Made by a program: the position numbers and the translations under genes. A stretch of 64,000 bases of DNA from Phoronis australis (lineage: Eukaryota; Animalia; Phoronida). The notes beneath the pieces were generated by a model. That model had not been told where the DNA came from. It made no database searches and worked only from the letters and a program-made list of their open reading frames with translations. The stretch spans positions 653,390 to 717,389 of the forward strand of contig NMRA01000086.1 in assembly GCA_002633005.1 (NCBI GenBank), given 5' to 3'. Shown piece after piece: positions 40,971 through 53,308 of this stretch; the stretch's first letter is position 1; every line of letters starts with the position of its first letter.

Positions 40971-41559
40971 TTAATTTTGATAGGTATTTTCAAGTTATTC
41001 ATCCAGGTTAACCCTGGAGATTAGAACTTCAATTAAGCAAGGCACATGTTTCAAAATGAGTAGAAGTGCCTGCCAGTACCAACTTTTTAACTGAAAATTT
41101 GTCCATGTCCATTTTGCAAATAAGATTTTACTAAGAAGTATAGTCGTTCTCACTAAAACTTTACGATGTTCTCATTAAATATCCCTATGCAAATTTTCAC
41201 TTAGGTAATTTTCAAGTAATTTAGTTTTATTTTTCCTCGGTTTTTGAGATGACTTGGAAAGCGAGGCAAATTTCATAGAAATTGTCTACTTTGAAAACTA
41301 CTGAATGTCAAGTATATATACAAAGTTAGTGAGTGTGCTTGTTGCTTAAAGACTATGGTCAAGAATACAGATAGGGTACTTATGCTCGTCACATTGTCAT
41401 GAAATTGATAGCATCATGTAGACCTCAAGACCCTACGTGGAAAATCTGGTAGTAGGTAACGGACGCTCATGGGCACCTTACTCATTACATCCTTGTAAGA
41501 GAAAAATGCTTTTGTAAAAAAAAGGAAAAAAGACTTGTGAATGAAAACTGTCCCCTCAT

Positions 41560-42052
41560 CAGGCCTTTATCCAGGATTTTGAAAATAGGGTGTCCAAAAT
41601 GGGGTTCCCAATATTCCAGGGCATCTATGATTCCGAGGCGTAACCCCCCACCCCCAGCAGTCCCCCCAAACACACAGATCTTTTTACAAAAAAATGCATA
41701 GACCAAGGTTCTTACATCTAACTTTACAAAACAGCCTTCTGTACTGAGCATTTTTACTAAAAAAATGTGTAGATCAAGACTTTTACAATGCTATCAACCA
41801 TGTTCGAGCATAGCAACATTGTATATACTTAGTATATACATTGTATATGTCTACCTGCTTTGTAAAAAGAGCCACCACTGTGACTATTCACAGGCTTCCT
41901 AGTAATCATTACAATGTGTGTGTGTCCAAACTTGAAAAGTTCCTATTGATAGTGGGCCTCCAAATGATACATTGGGCATCCTTGCCAGGGCTTCCATATT
42001 AGTGCTAGGGTGTCCATTTGAATGCCCAGGACGTACGCTGCATAAAGGCCTG
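41560..42052 (+). mobile_element. hAT MITE
   Basis: TIR caggcctttat / ataaaggcctg; perfect 8-bp TSD CCCCTCAT. Confidence 0.95.
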
Positions 42053-43813
42053 CCCCTCATGATCCGCGATTGCGCCATTTGCCTGATTTATTTTTTCTGG
42101 ATGTGACAACTTTGCAAAACCGATATTTGTTCAGAAATTAGGTTTGCTGGTAATAAAGCACTACTTCTAACACAATGAAACTAATCCGGGTAACTTATGA
42201 ACTGCACAACCTTGTGGTAAAAGAACAGTTGATTGAAGAATCTGTGAAAAGAGAAATTGGCCTATTGGTGACACTTAGTTCATGGCTCTTAAAATGTCCT
42301 TTCATACTGACATTGACACTTTGATGTTTTGAGGAATTGCGGTCAGTATGAACGGTTAACTTGGGTCCTAGTGAACAGTGTCAGTTAATGTTTCGGTAAA
42401 CAGGTGGATGTAACAGCAGAGCGTCGATGCTGTGGAGCAGTATGAACGGTCTAATTCAGGGTGTCATCGAATTTATCACCAGGGGCCACTATTATTGCTC
42501 AACTCTGACTTTTACGATTTTATCCAATCCTCGTTCTGTCACCTGCTAATGCGTCATTGTCGTTAATCTTAAAAGATAAATACAGGAAATAACTAAAAAC
42601 TTGTACTAATCCCTGTGTCGCAGATTGGAATATTTTGGTTCTTGTTAGGTGGTCTTTCCCCAGTTGCCTGGCTAAAAGCATAGGTCAGGCTTGCCGTTTA
42701 GCAGACTTCGAAAGGAGTTTTCAAATTTTCTTCCCAACTGTTGAGGGTTGTCAAGGGTTACAGAGCGTTATTTTGCTTCAGGGACTTGGATGAGAACGTC
42801 GTTTTTATTATAATAGGCAGAAACCAGGTTTGGTATCTTCATTAAAAGGCAGTGTTGTCACTAATATTACAAATAACTTTTTGTCAGTTAGCACACGTAA
42901 ATGTTCAAAAATTGTCACATTAAATTTTTTTTTGCACACATGAAATGCATCATCGCTACCTTGCAATTACTTTAATGACGACAACGTCATCTACCGTTTA
43001 TTTCGATGTTGTTAACTTTCGAAGCTGGTTTGAATGCTTCCATTAACTTGGCTGTATACATCTCGCAGTATATGTGGACGCTCTGCTCATACCAGAGTTC
43101 AGTGAGTATGAAGGGGCCTAAAAAACAAGTAAAAAGTCCCTTGCTCTGTTAAGCAGAATTTGAATAATGGCCTGAACCAATTTAGGACATATAGGTCTTA
43201 ATGACATCACTTTTATGGCTGATTTTGATTCACCAGTTTTTACCCACATGGTTCTGAAGCTGTATTTTTAGTATATAGGTTTGTACCAAGGCTAATCCAC
43301 GTTCCACACACCCTTACTCCAGTAGTTAAGAACAACAGATTGACATCTGGTTCTTCAATTTCTAATTCCACCCTCAGAAACAGTGGACTGGTCTGCCAAT
43401 CTGCACTCTTATCAAGCAGTTATGTAATTTCTGGATATTGACCCTGTGACCTAGATTTGATGGCTAGCAATATTGCATAATGCCTTACCTCTGGGAGGGG
43501 GCTGTATCCAAACTATAAAGTGTCTTATTTGATTTGTTAAGAAGTCCTGGGTCAAGTTCAGTATTGCTAGTGCCTTGCTAGAAAAGCAAGATCTTGCAAT
43601 ACTCTGCCGGATAACAGGGTGTACTTCCAATTTGGAGTACATGTTTTGGCTAGACATTTCACTCAACCCAGATCTTAGGGTTGTGTAAGGTTTCAAATGT
43701 GGGAGTCCTATATATGAGTTCCTAATGAAACCAAAAAAATCGGATTGGGACTTTTACTCTCATAAAATAGGAGAAATAATATTCTTTACCATTCTATTTC
43801 TGTTTAATATTAA

Positions 43814-44584
43814 AGGCGAAGACAACCTTTTTTCATGTCATGTTTAGCAAAAATAAGGTTCGTTGGTTATCCCAGACATATTTTCAACTTAACTACAGCT
43901 TTTCGTAAGTTAATTAAATATTTGTTCTCTTCTCCGGAAGTGACGTTTTGGGAGGCAAGCATTTCGCTCCAATTTCTTTTCATATAGTCTGATTATGAGA
44001 GCTGTCGAGTCAGTCATTGATCTGACTCGGTTGTGATAAGTTCGGTCGTCGTTTGCTTTTGTTTATGAGTCAGTCAACATGCCACACTGTTGCTGCGTAC
44101 CGGGATGTACTCATGGCCCATATCCTGTAAGCAGCCCTACTGCGATGTTGAGTAGTGGGTGTGAATACAGGTCGAGTCAGTGAAGAGTACAGTTCGTCGT
44201 TCGATGAACAGATCAGTGGGAGTGTGTCGCGGTACACTTGGCCAGGCAAATGGGACAGTTGTTCCTCTGTCTGTGAGACGATAATGAGTACATCCCGGTA
44301 CGCAACAACAGTGTGGTATGTTGACTGACTCGTAAACAAAATCACCCGATGACGGAACTTATCAAAACCGAGATAGAACAATGACTGACTCAGCAGCTCT
44401 CACAGTCAGACCATATGAAAAGAAATTGGCACGAAATGCTTGCCTCCCAAAACGTCACTTCCGGTGTAGAGAACGAATAATTAATTAAATTACGAAAAGC
44501 TGTAATTAAGTGGAAAATATGTCTGGGATAACGAACGAACCTTATTTTTGCTAAAAAAGACATGAAAAAGGGTTGCCTTCGCTT
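43814..44584. mobile_element. Kolobok derivative with ~300-bp inverted arms
   Basis: TTAA TSD; arms about 43814-44114 and 44284-44584; each arm ends in a THAP start (MPHCCCVPGCTH); spacer has KolX-like RAAYRIW on the minus strand. Confidence 0.92.
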
Positions 44585-47412
44585 TTAAGTTTGTAAAAAG
44601 AACAATATGTTTTTGTAAAGTGGTCAAACAAGAAAACTTTGTTCCTTATTGAACTATGGTTATCGAAAGAAATCTGGGAATTTTACTTAACTTTTAATAT
44701 CAAACACTGGAAATTCAATAAACATGGATTTACAGGAAGTGAACCAAGGCACAGAATGCAGGTGTGAGCAGAGTGCACGTGAATTGTGGGGCTAAATGTT
44801 TTCATAACAGTCTGCATTATCAACGGTCACTCAGAAAATTGCGTGGCTTTTCATCGTTGTACTTACATGTTCTGCATATTCAAATTTTCATTCAAAGATG
44901 TCAGGACTTCTTACATTATTAATTATACAAATTATCACCAGATGACCACACAAAATGTGAAGTCGCATTTCTGAAAAAATTATCCAAGATTTTTTGCGGA
45001 TCGTGTAATCATTATAGTAGCAATAAATTCTTTTCAAAGTTTTCATTGTCTAGTTTCAAGCGTGGCGATCACTTCCAAATAAAAATTTGTCTGTGTTCTT
45101 GCGAAATTTGTCAACTACTCCAGTAATGTGAAGTAATACCTGACAATCACTGTTTATAACTGAATATTTATTGAAATCAGGTTGCTAATTGTAACTTTCA
45201 AAGAAATTCATCAGTTCGTCCATATCTGACAGGTCTTTGAGTGTTTTTTTGTTGATTTTTCAGCAAATAAGCCATCATTTCGTGGCCTGCTGGGACATTT
45301 AAATGTGTGTGTGCCATCTCTGTGTGACATCTGCTGCTGTATCTCCTAAACCTCTTGCAGAATTTTAATGAGATTTTGTTGAGGCGTTCCTATGAATCTG
45401 ATGGCTGATGGCGACCAATTTCAAACAATCTGACTTAAGCCGTGCTCCCTAGTGTCAATTTTATTTTTTTTATGTTTGCTTCAACGGAGATCCTTGCTGA
45501 ATTTTCATGAAATTAAGCTAAAAGGTTTTTAGAAAAAAAAACAACTATGCCATCACATTTTCAGGTGAATTTGACATATTTTACATGACCTTGTGTCCGA
45601 TTTTGTTGCTTTCAAGTATGTATCCTGGTGACAAGCTGTCTATCCATTAAGGATTGTTAAGAAAATTTACTGTTTTCATAATGAGAATACCACAGCCGAT
45701 GTTGATTTTTCAACTTCTGTGTCGCCACCTAGTAGGCACTTTTGTTTTTTGGATCCACTGCTGAACTTGCGTGCTGATTCATTATTTCGGTGACTGCATG
45801 GTCAAATTAGTTAGAAATACAACATGTAAGTATGAAGTAGGTTGAAAATTGCCAAATGTTTTTAAGAACAGATTTTGTGTCGAAAATGGTCTGCCGTAAA
45901 TCACTCCACCCTGTCCTGTAAGTATCCTGATGTAGTGTTAAGGAATAACATTGCATGATGCAGGTTATGTGAGCCCCCAAGGTACATCATTAGTGCAAAG
46001 GGTCACCTATTTGAAGAATTTTTTTGTTTTCACATTTACAAGTTGTCATTGAATACAACTGCACGTTGTTTAGCTTAGAGGATTTTCAAATAGCATTGTC
46101 ATTTAGTTCCTGCTATACATTAGTTAGGAGCATGCAAGATATCTCTATGCTGCTGACAACATGACAGCCACTCGGCCCAAATACCGCTGTGCCTTCTTAG
46201 TACTTAAGTTGTCTTTTACATTAACCACTGTATCTTTGGAGTTTACTTAATGGAAATTCAACAAATAGGTTTCTATTAAGCGGACGACTGTGCGTCTTCA
46301 TTTTCGAACTTGATTCGATGTATTTTGCACCGCCTTGTGTCTATATTTTGATCCCGCTGTTGCTGTTGCTTCTTTATTTGGTAAACCACTATAAGGATTA
46401 TTGTGAAAACTAGCAGACATGTTCCATATTAGAAAACTTCAGCTGACATTGATTTTCAGACAGGAGCAACTGCTGTAGCGCCCCCTTTGAAAATAATGCT
46501 ACTAGTTTCATAACTATATTTTTAATATTTAACCAAATGTTACTCTAACCTTTTTACTTCACCTAGAGTGTAAGACACCACACACCATGTGAAATGAATT
46601 GGTTTGGTAGTGTATTTTTATACGCCTGTGGGTGCATCCATCCGGCATCTGTCCAGCGTCTGTCCGTTGTACGCTGCTCTATCTCCAAGTTCCTTTGATG
46701 TATGTTCATGAAATTTTGCACATGATTCTTTCATGGATGTGACAGCATGATGGATCGGACTACTGATGTGCCCCCTAGTGCAATTTTAGTTTTTCTTAGT
46801 ATTCCTCTGTATCTTTAAAGGTCCGCAGCGTACTTTTATAAAGTTTGACAAATAGGTATCTATTATTGAGTTGATGCTACCCTCCTGTCTTTGGATAGAT
46901 TCAAAGTATTTTGCACCGCCGAGTGGCCATTTTTACGATTTTTGAGTCCATCCCTTTTTCAACTAAACCTCTCGAAGAATAATTTTGAAATTTGGTGTAT
47001 ATGTTCCTATTCTAAAGAGGACACCTGACGGTTTTCTGATGATTACTGTGGCGCCTCCTAGTGGCAGTTTTTTTGCGCCCATGGCTATGTCTCGTAAACC
47101 AAGTCTTGAGGATGGTTATTAGATTTAGCAAGTGTATTTATATGAAGTTGACAATAGATGACGACTTTCAGTTGGATCTGACAAATATTGTGCCCCTTAA
47201 TGGCAATTTCGTTTTTTTTCCGTTTTCTTGTTTTTCTGAAGTTCCTTGATGTAATTTTTAGGAAATTTGGTAAATAACTTTTTATTAAAGAAACAATGAT
47301 ATCTTCCCATTCTTGGACGGATTTGACATATTTTGCACCACCTAGTGGCCATTTTTGCCGTTATCTGGTCTGTTTTGGCTTTTGCCACTGTATCAATCAA
47401 ACCACTCTAAGG

Positions 47413-48736
47413 CAGGGCTCGACATAACAAGCTGTAGGTCGCATTTGCAACCTGAAATTTCGAAACGTGAGCTGAGATTTTTGTCAGCACGTATCAAGTT
47501 GCAAAATGCGACCTGGAATTTCCAACAAATGTGAGCTGAGTTTTTACACTTCTTGGCAGATACCTGGCAAATATAAAGCAACTCTTGTTAATCCGACCGT
47601 TATTTGGTTGTTGCCAAATCCAAGTTAAAAAGAACACTAACCCCCCGATGACTTGTAAGCATGTCGTGTGAACATGGTATATGCAGAATCGATCTTTGAC
47701 ATGTTTCATTGCAGCAAACATTTTCGTCCTCTTGCAAATTTCCGGATTCGCCGAAGAGAGGTTCGAGGCACTGCATAACACGTGATCAAACGTCACAAAA
47801 CAACAGTGTTTCTACTAATTCTTAAGCAATCAACTTGCCAAACTTTGTGGTGGACAAATATGTTTATTTTTCGAGTAAGATGTCCTTATTACCTGTACCA
47901 AATATCCACGACAATATCCCTGATATCGCACAGCGGCCGCACTGGTCGGTCCCGTCATTAGCCCACAAGCGTTCCCAGCACACAATCGTGACTTAGAGAT
48001 GTGCATCTCATTTTTATCGCATAAGACAGCCAAAGTGAAAATTACAACCCTATTAATCGCCAAATGATGGCCACGTCTTTACTTTCAGTTGCCAAGAAAT
48101 TCTCAAAACCCTTTACTTGTTTCTGGGGTTACGTGCGTGAAATATGATTTGTTTTTCACACGTTGTTGCTAACGTAAAGTGTAGGCCTATTCCAGTGATT
48201 CAAGTGCGTGAACTCACGCGTGTGCACCACTTCAAAGCTGCACATCAAAAGAGAACAGCGACACTCCTAAATGAAAAAGTATACCGTATTGACTCTTAAT
48301 CACTCACTGGGGTGCCAGTGGTTTATTTGAAAATGAATTCATAAGATTCCCGGCGGTATAAAAAACCCGATGCTTTACGATATTCTCCAGGACTGATATA
48401 GTAACCCAAAACTGATATTTTCCTGTTCCGATATTTCCCGAGGTCGATGTTCCCTAAACCCTATATTCTATGCCCGTAGCCAGCTATTGCAACTAAACGG
48501 GTACTAGATGCGAAATTGTGGTTAGCGAACTTTTTATTCTTCTCTTCAAGTCAATTTTCCGATTTGAAATTTGTGAGTATGCAGGTCTCCATGATCTAAA
48601 AAATCAATTTGGCGCGTAAAAATGGCGGGAAAATTTTGCCACCTGGCATTTATTAATGTGAGCTGGATTTTGAAAATGCAACTTGGGATGGCTAGGTCGC
48701 AAAATGCGACCTGGCGATTTTAATAGCATCGCCCTG
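47413..48736 (+). mobile_element. hAT-like non-autonomous element inserted in a HINE monomer
   Basis: cagggc...gccctg termini; subterminal aggtcgca/tgcgacct repeats at both ends; taagg duplicated at the flanks. Confidence 0.8.
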
Positions 48737-48891
48737 TAAGGAATTATGAAATTTGACGTTTATGTTTCTACTGTGAAAAGAAGGGCTGATGATGATTTTC
48801 GGGCGACTCGATACTTCTGTAGCGCCTCCTAGTGGTGTTTCTTTTTAGTCTATGGCTGTATATCCCAAACCCTCTGCAAGATCTTTATTAG

Positions 48892-49930
48892 AGGAGAAAA
48901 AAACTTTTTTATGTCAATTTCAGTACAAATACGGTTCGTTGATTATCCCAGACACATTTTTCAGTTAATAGCAGCTTTCTGTAATTTTATTAATTAGTCC
49001 TGCCTTACTTCGGAAATGATGGTACCCCCAGAACATGCGGTTCCGGGCACTAACGATGATTTGCCCTGTGCTGGTGTTGTCTCCAGCCCAGAGCCTGTGA
49101 GCAGCCCTGCAGCGATATTGAGTAGTGGTAGTGAATACTGGCCAAGTTGGACACCAAGTGGGAGGACAGTTCCTCGTCCAGTGGTCAGGCCGGTGAGCCA
49201 CACTTTGATGAGTTTATTGTGGACGTGACTACAGTATTGGAGCTTATTTAGAAGGTGCCAGGTGTGTGGTGAGGGAGTAACACCGCTGAATGTAAGAGGT
49301 TTGGGTGCTTAGGTCACCATCCAGTGGGAACAGCATAAGCATTCTATTGAGGTCGGCATAACAGTGCACACAGTGCATTTGCACCAAGACGTCCCATCAC
49401 GTCTGTCCTCAGTCTGCCTCATCCCTTTCAACAGCTGTCTGTATTCTACCTCACTATACTCCGGCTCAAACACATATCCACCGACTGCTACTACAAACTA
49501 AAAGATTCCTAAATCCAACGTAATTGAGTTCTCTAATAACCTTACTTGTCATAGAATACTCGTCAATGTGAAGTGGTGACAACAATTTTAGGTGACCAGC
49601 ACAAAAATAACGGAACAGATCCTCACAGTAGCATGAATACACTAGAGAATTGGGACTTATATTTGTTAGGTCATGTGATGTCACCAAAAAGATGGCGGGT
49701 TGAGGGGGATAAACTATTTCCAACATATTTCCACGCCTCACTGAAAAAGATATATTTATACTTAGATACAAAGTGGCGGGAAATTCTTAACCCCCTAAAT
49801 TACACTTCTGGAGTAGTGTACGACTAATTAATAAATTACCGGCAGCCGTAATGAACTGAAGCATATGTCTGGGATAATTAACGAATCATATTTTTACTGA
49901 AAATGATGGCAAAGAAGGTTGCCTGCCCCT
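48892..49930. mobile_element. Kolobok deletion derivative inserted at a TTAA site of a HINE monomer
   Basis: ~100-bp imperfect TIRs (gattatcccagaca / tgtctgggataatt) related to 43814-44584; contains a KolX fragment. Confidence 0.82.
49095..49479 (-). pseudogene. KolX (P2X7 C-terminal ballast-like) ORF remnant
   Basis: 49479-49309 reads GYVFEPEYSEVEYRQLLKGMRQTEDRRDGTSWCKCTVCTVMPTSIECLCCSHWMVT*; downstream QYRCRAAHRLW. WCxCxxCxxMPTxxECxCC and RxAAYR are typical of this family. Confidence 0.8.
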
Positions 49931-50440
49931 GTAAATTTGGTAAATGTATTGATATGAAGTTGACTACAGAAAACGACAGCTGTGCTCCGGCTCTAGTGGC
50001 ATTTTTTTTCGTTGTCCTATGTATCTGTGACACTCCTTGGCAGATTTTTATGAAATTTAATGAACAGGTTTTTATTAAACCGTCAACAGGCTCCTGTTTT
50101 CGGATAGATTCGACGTAGAAAGCTGCCATTTTTCTATGAAATTTTGCAAGTAGGTTTCTATTAAAGAAACGACAACGCCTTCTCATTTTGAGGCGGATTT
50201 GATGTTTTCTGCGTGATCTGGTGGCCATTTTAAAATTTTTGAGTATGTGTTTGACAGCTCCTCCATCCACGTAACTTTTTGAAGGATCATTAGTGAAATT
50301 TGGAGATGTGTTCTTGATGAGTAGACCCAGGCTGACATGGATTTTTGGATGTGTTCAACTAGTCTGGCACTCCCTAGTGGCAATGTTATTTCTTTGTATC
50401 CACGGCTGTATCACCTTACCCTTTTTAACATCTTTCTGAA

Positions 50441-51749
50441 TTTTTATGTGCCCACATATTTATATGTGGTCGCATATTGTCGTCATCTCTGTCTGGGCGT
50501 CTAGCGTCCGCGGCTGTATATCCTAAACCCCTTGCAGGATCTTATTGAAATTTGGCAGGTGTGTTCCAGTGGGGTTGGCGACAGAGAGCGACGAGTTTCG
50601 GACCGACTCAAATACCGCTGTGTCCCCTAGTGGCAATTTTAGTTTTTTACGTTTACCTCTGTATTTTCAAAGGCCCTTAACCGATTTTCGTGAAATTTGG
50701 CACATAGGCATCTATTAATAATTTGACGCTATTCTTCGGTTTTCGGATAGATTTGAGGCATTTTGCGCCATCTGGTGGCCATTTTTACTATTTTCGAGTC
50801 GTTTTTTTGGCGTCTGCCCCTCTAACAACCAAACCACTCCAAGAATGATTGGGAAAATTGGCATATATGTTGTTACTATGAAGAAGACAGTTGACGATTT
50901 TCTGACGACTTCGACTACTGTGGCGCCTCCTAGTGGTAGTTTTGTTTGTTTTTGCGCCCATGGCTGTATCTCCTAAACGCTCGACAGGATCTTTATTAAA
51001 TTTAGCAAATGTATTTATATGAAGTTGACAGCAGAGGACGCCGACTTTAGAACAGATTGGTCTACTGGTGTGCCCCCTAGTGGCAATTATAGTTTTTTTA
51101 CGTTTACCTCCGTATCTTCAAAGGTCCTCAATGGATTTCTATAAAAGTTAGCACATAGACATCTATTAGTGAGGTGACGCTAGCCATTGATCTTTGGATT
51201 GATTCAAGGTATTTTGCGCCACCTAATGGCCATTTTTGTTGTTTTCGAGTCTGTTTTTTGGCGTCCCTCCCTCTGTCAACCAAACCACCTTAAGGATGAT
51301 TGTGAAAGTAATGGCATGTATGTTTTTTCTATGAAGGGGACGGTTGACGAGTAATTTCCGAGGACTTCAACTACTGTGGCGCCTCCTAGTGGTGGTTTTG
51401 TTTTTTTGCACCCATACTTGTATCTTCTAAGCCCACTGCAGGATTTTCATTAAATTTAGCTCGTGTATTTATGTAAAGTTAACAAAAGAAGACAATAACT
51501 TTTATACGGATCCCCAACAAACAGTGTGCCCCTAGTGGCAATTTTATTTTTTTTCATTTTCCTCTGTGAATTTTAATGAAATTTGGTAAATGGCTTTCTT
51601 TTAACGAAACAATGACATTTTGTCGTTTTCAGACGGATTCGAAATATTTTGCGCCATCTAGTGGCCAGTTTGATGATACAAAAAACTCTAAAAGCATACC
51701 ATTTGCGATGTATTCGTGGGCGCATTTTAACGCTCCACGTTGCTCTTGT
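50441..51749 (+). mobile_element. Full-length younger HINE nested in an older array
   Basis: tttttatgtgcccacatatttatatgtggtcgcat start; eight monomers; gtgggcgcattttaacgctccacgttgctcttgt end. Confidence 0.9.
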
Positions 51750-52899
51750 AGCAGACGTGTTCCTATGGAAATGGCAACAGATAATTGTGAGTTTCAGACC
51801 ATTAATCCAACTACAACTGTGCTCCTAGTGGCAGTTTTATTTTTTACGTTTGCCTCTGTAACTTCAGAGTTCCTTGATGTGTTTTCATGAAGTTAAGCAA
51901 ACAAGTTTCTATTATCAAGAGAACATCACCTTTCCTTTTTGTGATGGATTCCACCTATTCTGCACCAACTAGTAGCCATTTTAATTATTTTTAGTCTGTT
52001 TTTTGTCGTGTGCTTCTTTATCTGACGAGTGCGTGAGTGACATGGATCTTCAAATAGATCCGACTTTTAGTAACATTTTTTCACATCTATGGCTGTATCT
52101 CCTAAAGCCCTTGCAAGATGTTTTTGAAATTTTGCAATTGTATTCTGTATTCTTATTAACTGGACAATAGGTGGACGGAGGCCACTACTGCTGGGGTTTC
52201 TAATGGCAGTTTGTTTTTTAATGTTTATTATGTACCTTTGAATTTATTTGGTGGATTTTGGCAAATAGTTTTGAGAGACGACCATACCTTCCCATTTTTT
52301 GGACAAGTTTAATTTATTCTGTGCCATCTAATACAAATGAACACTCCTAGGAGCATACCGTTTTGCGGCGCAGTTGTGGTCTCATTTCAATGCTCCACGT
52401 TGTCCTTGTTTAAAAAAATCAAGGTTTATGTATATGTGGACCCCAGTTGCTGAACTTGGGCTCGTGAGCCTATGTGCGGAACATTTGAGTGGAAAAATGT
52501 TGCGGAAAAAGGGCAAAGTTCAGCATTTTGGAGCTTGCGCTTATTTGGCGGGTTACATGTTAACACCACCTAACAATTGAATTTCCCTGGTCATTAATGA
52601 GCATTTGTAAATACTGTCAATGCTAAACCACCACTGATATACATTATGAAAGACCAAGGTGAAACATTATTCACTCATGTGTGTATTGCCTGGCCAACAT
52701 ATAATGGCTTGTTCACCCTTTCAAGTGCTGTGTACACTTGGATACAGTCCCTTTCTGGGTTCAGTTGAGTTATGTATTATTACATAGCAGAGGTTATATG
52801 ATTTGACTTGCCAATGGAGTTGGTCAATTGCCTTCCCTGAGTTTATTAACACAAAGGCCACATCTAACTACTTGTGTCCATGGTCAGACCTCGTGGTCA

Positions 52900-53300
52900 T
52901 TAGCATGTTTGTTGCGGTTTTGTAGTTCAAAGGTGAGTGTTTGCTGAGATTTCTGTGTCCTCACAACCTGTTGTTTCCTGAATGCTAAGGATGGTGTTGG
53001 AGTAGAGAAGTTTATCAGAAATGGGTAGGAGTGGGATTGGTTGGGGTAGGTTTCTGATTGAGAACCAGTTACTTCCACTGAATAAAGCTGTTATTCAGTG
53101 GGTGTTACTGGTTCTTAAATCACCTTTAATGAGGTTCCTACCTATCTGACTGTTACTTGGAATGGTGGTTATTAGGTGCCCTAAAATAGACCTGGATGGG
53201 ATTTGTGGAGTTTTATCCCTAACTTGCTTCCGTATGAGAGATGATGGAACATGTCTGAACAATGGCATTTCCACTCCTGGAAAGTCGGCAGGAATTTAGA
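52900..53300 (-). pseudogene. Possible highly decayed Penelope-like ORF fragment
   Basis: Patches PSSLIRKQ and PSLAFRK resemble the RT-to-GIY-YIG linker; weak. Confidence 0.3.
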
Positions 53301-53308
53301 TAGTTGAA

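Larger units (their letters stand above)
45300..52410 (+). mobile_element. Nested cluster of old and young HINE arrays with secondary insertions
   Basis: Monomer motifs throughout; extra 5' end near 46616; 3' ends near 51749 and 52410. Confidence 0.8.

Noticed and set aside
43069-43101. Micro-exon (cgcag...gtgagt)
   Set aside because: Splice-like signals only, expected by chance in 46 kb.
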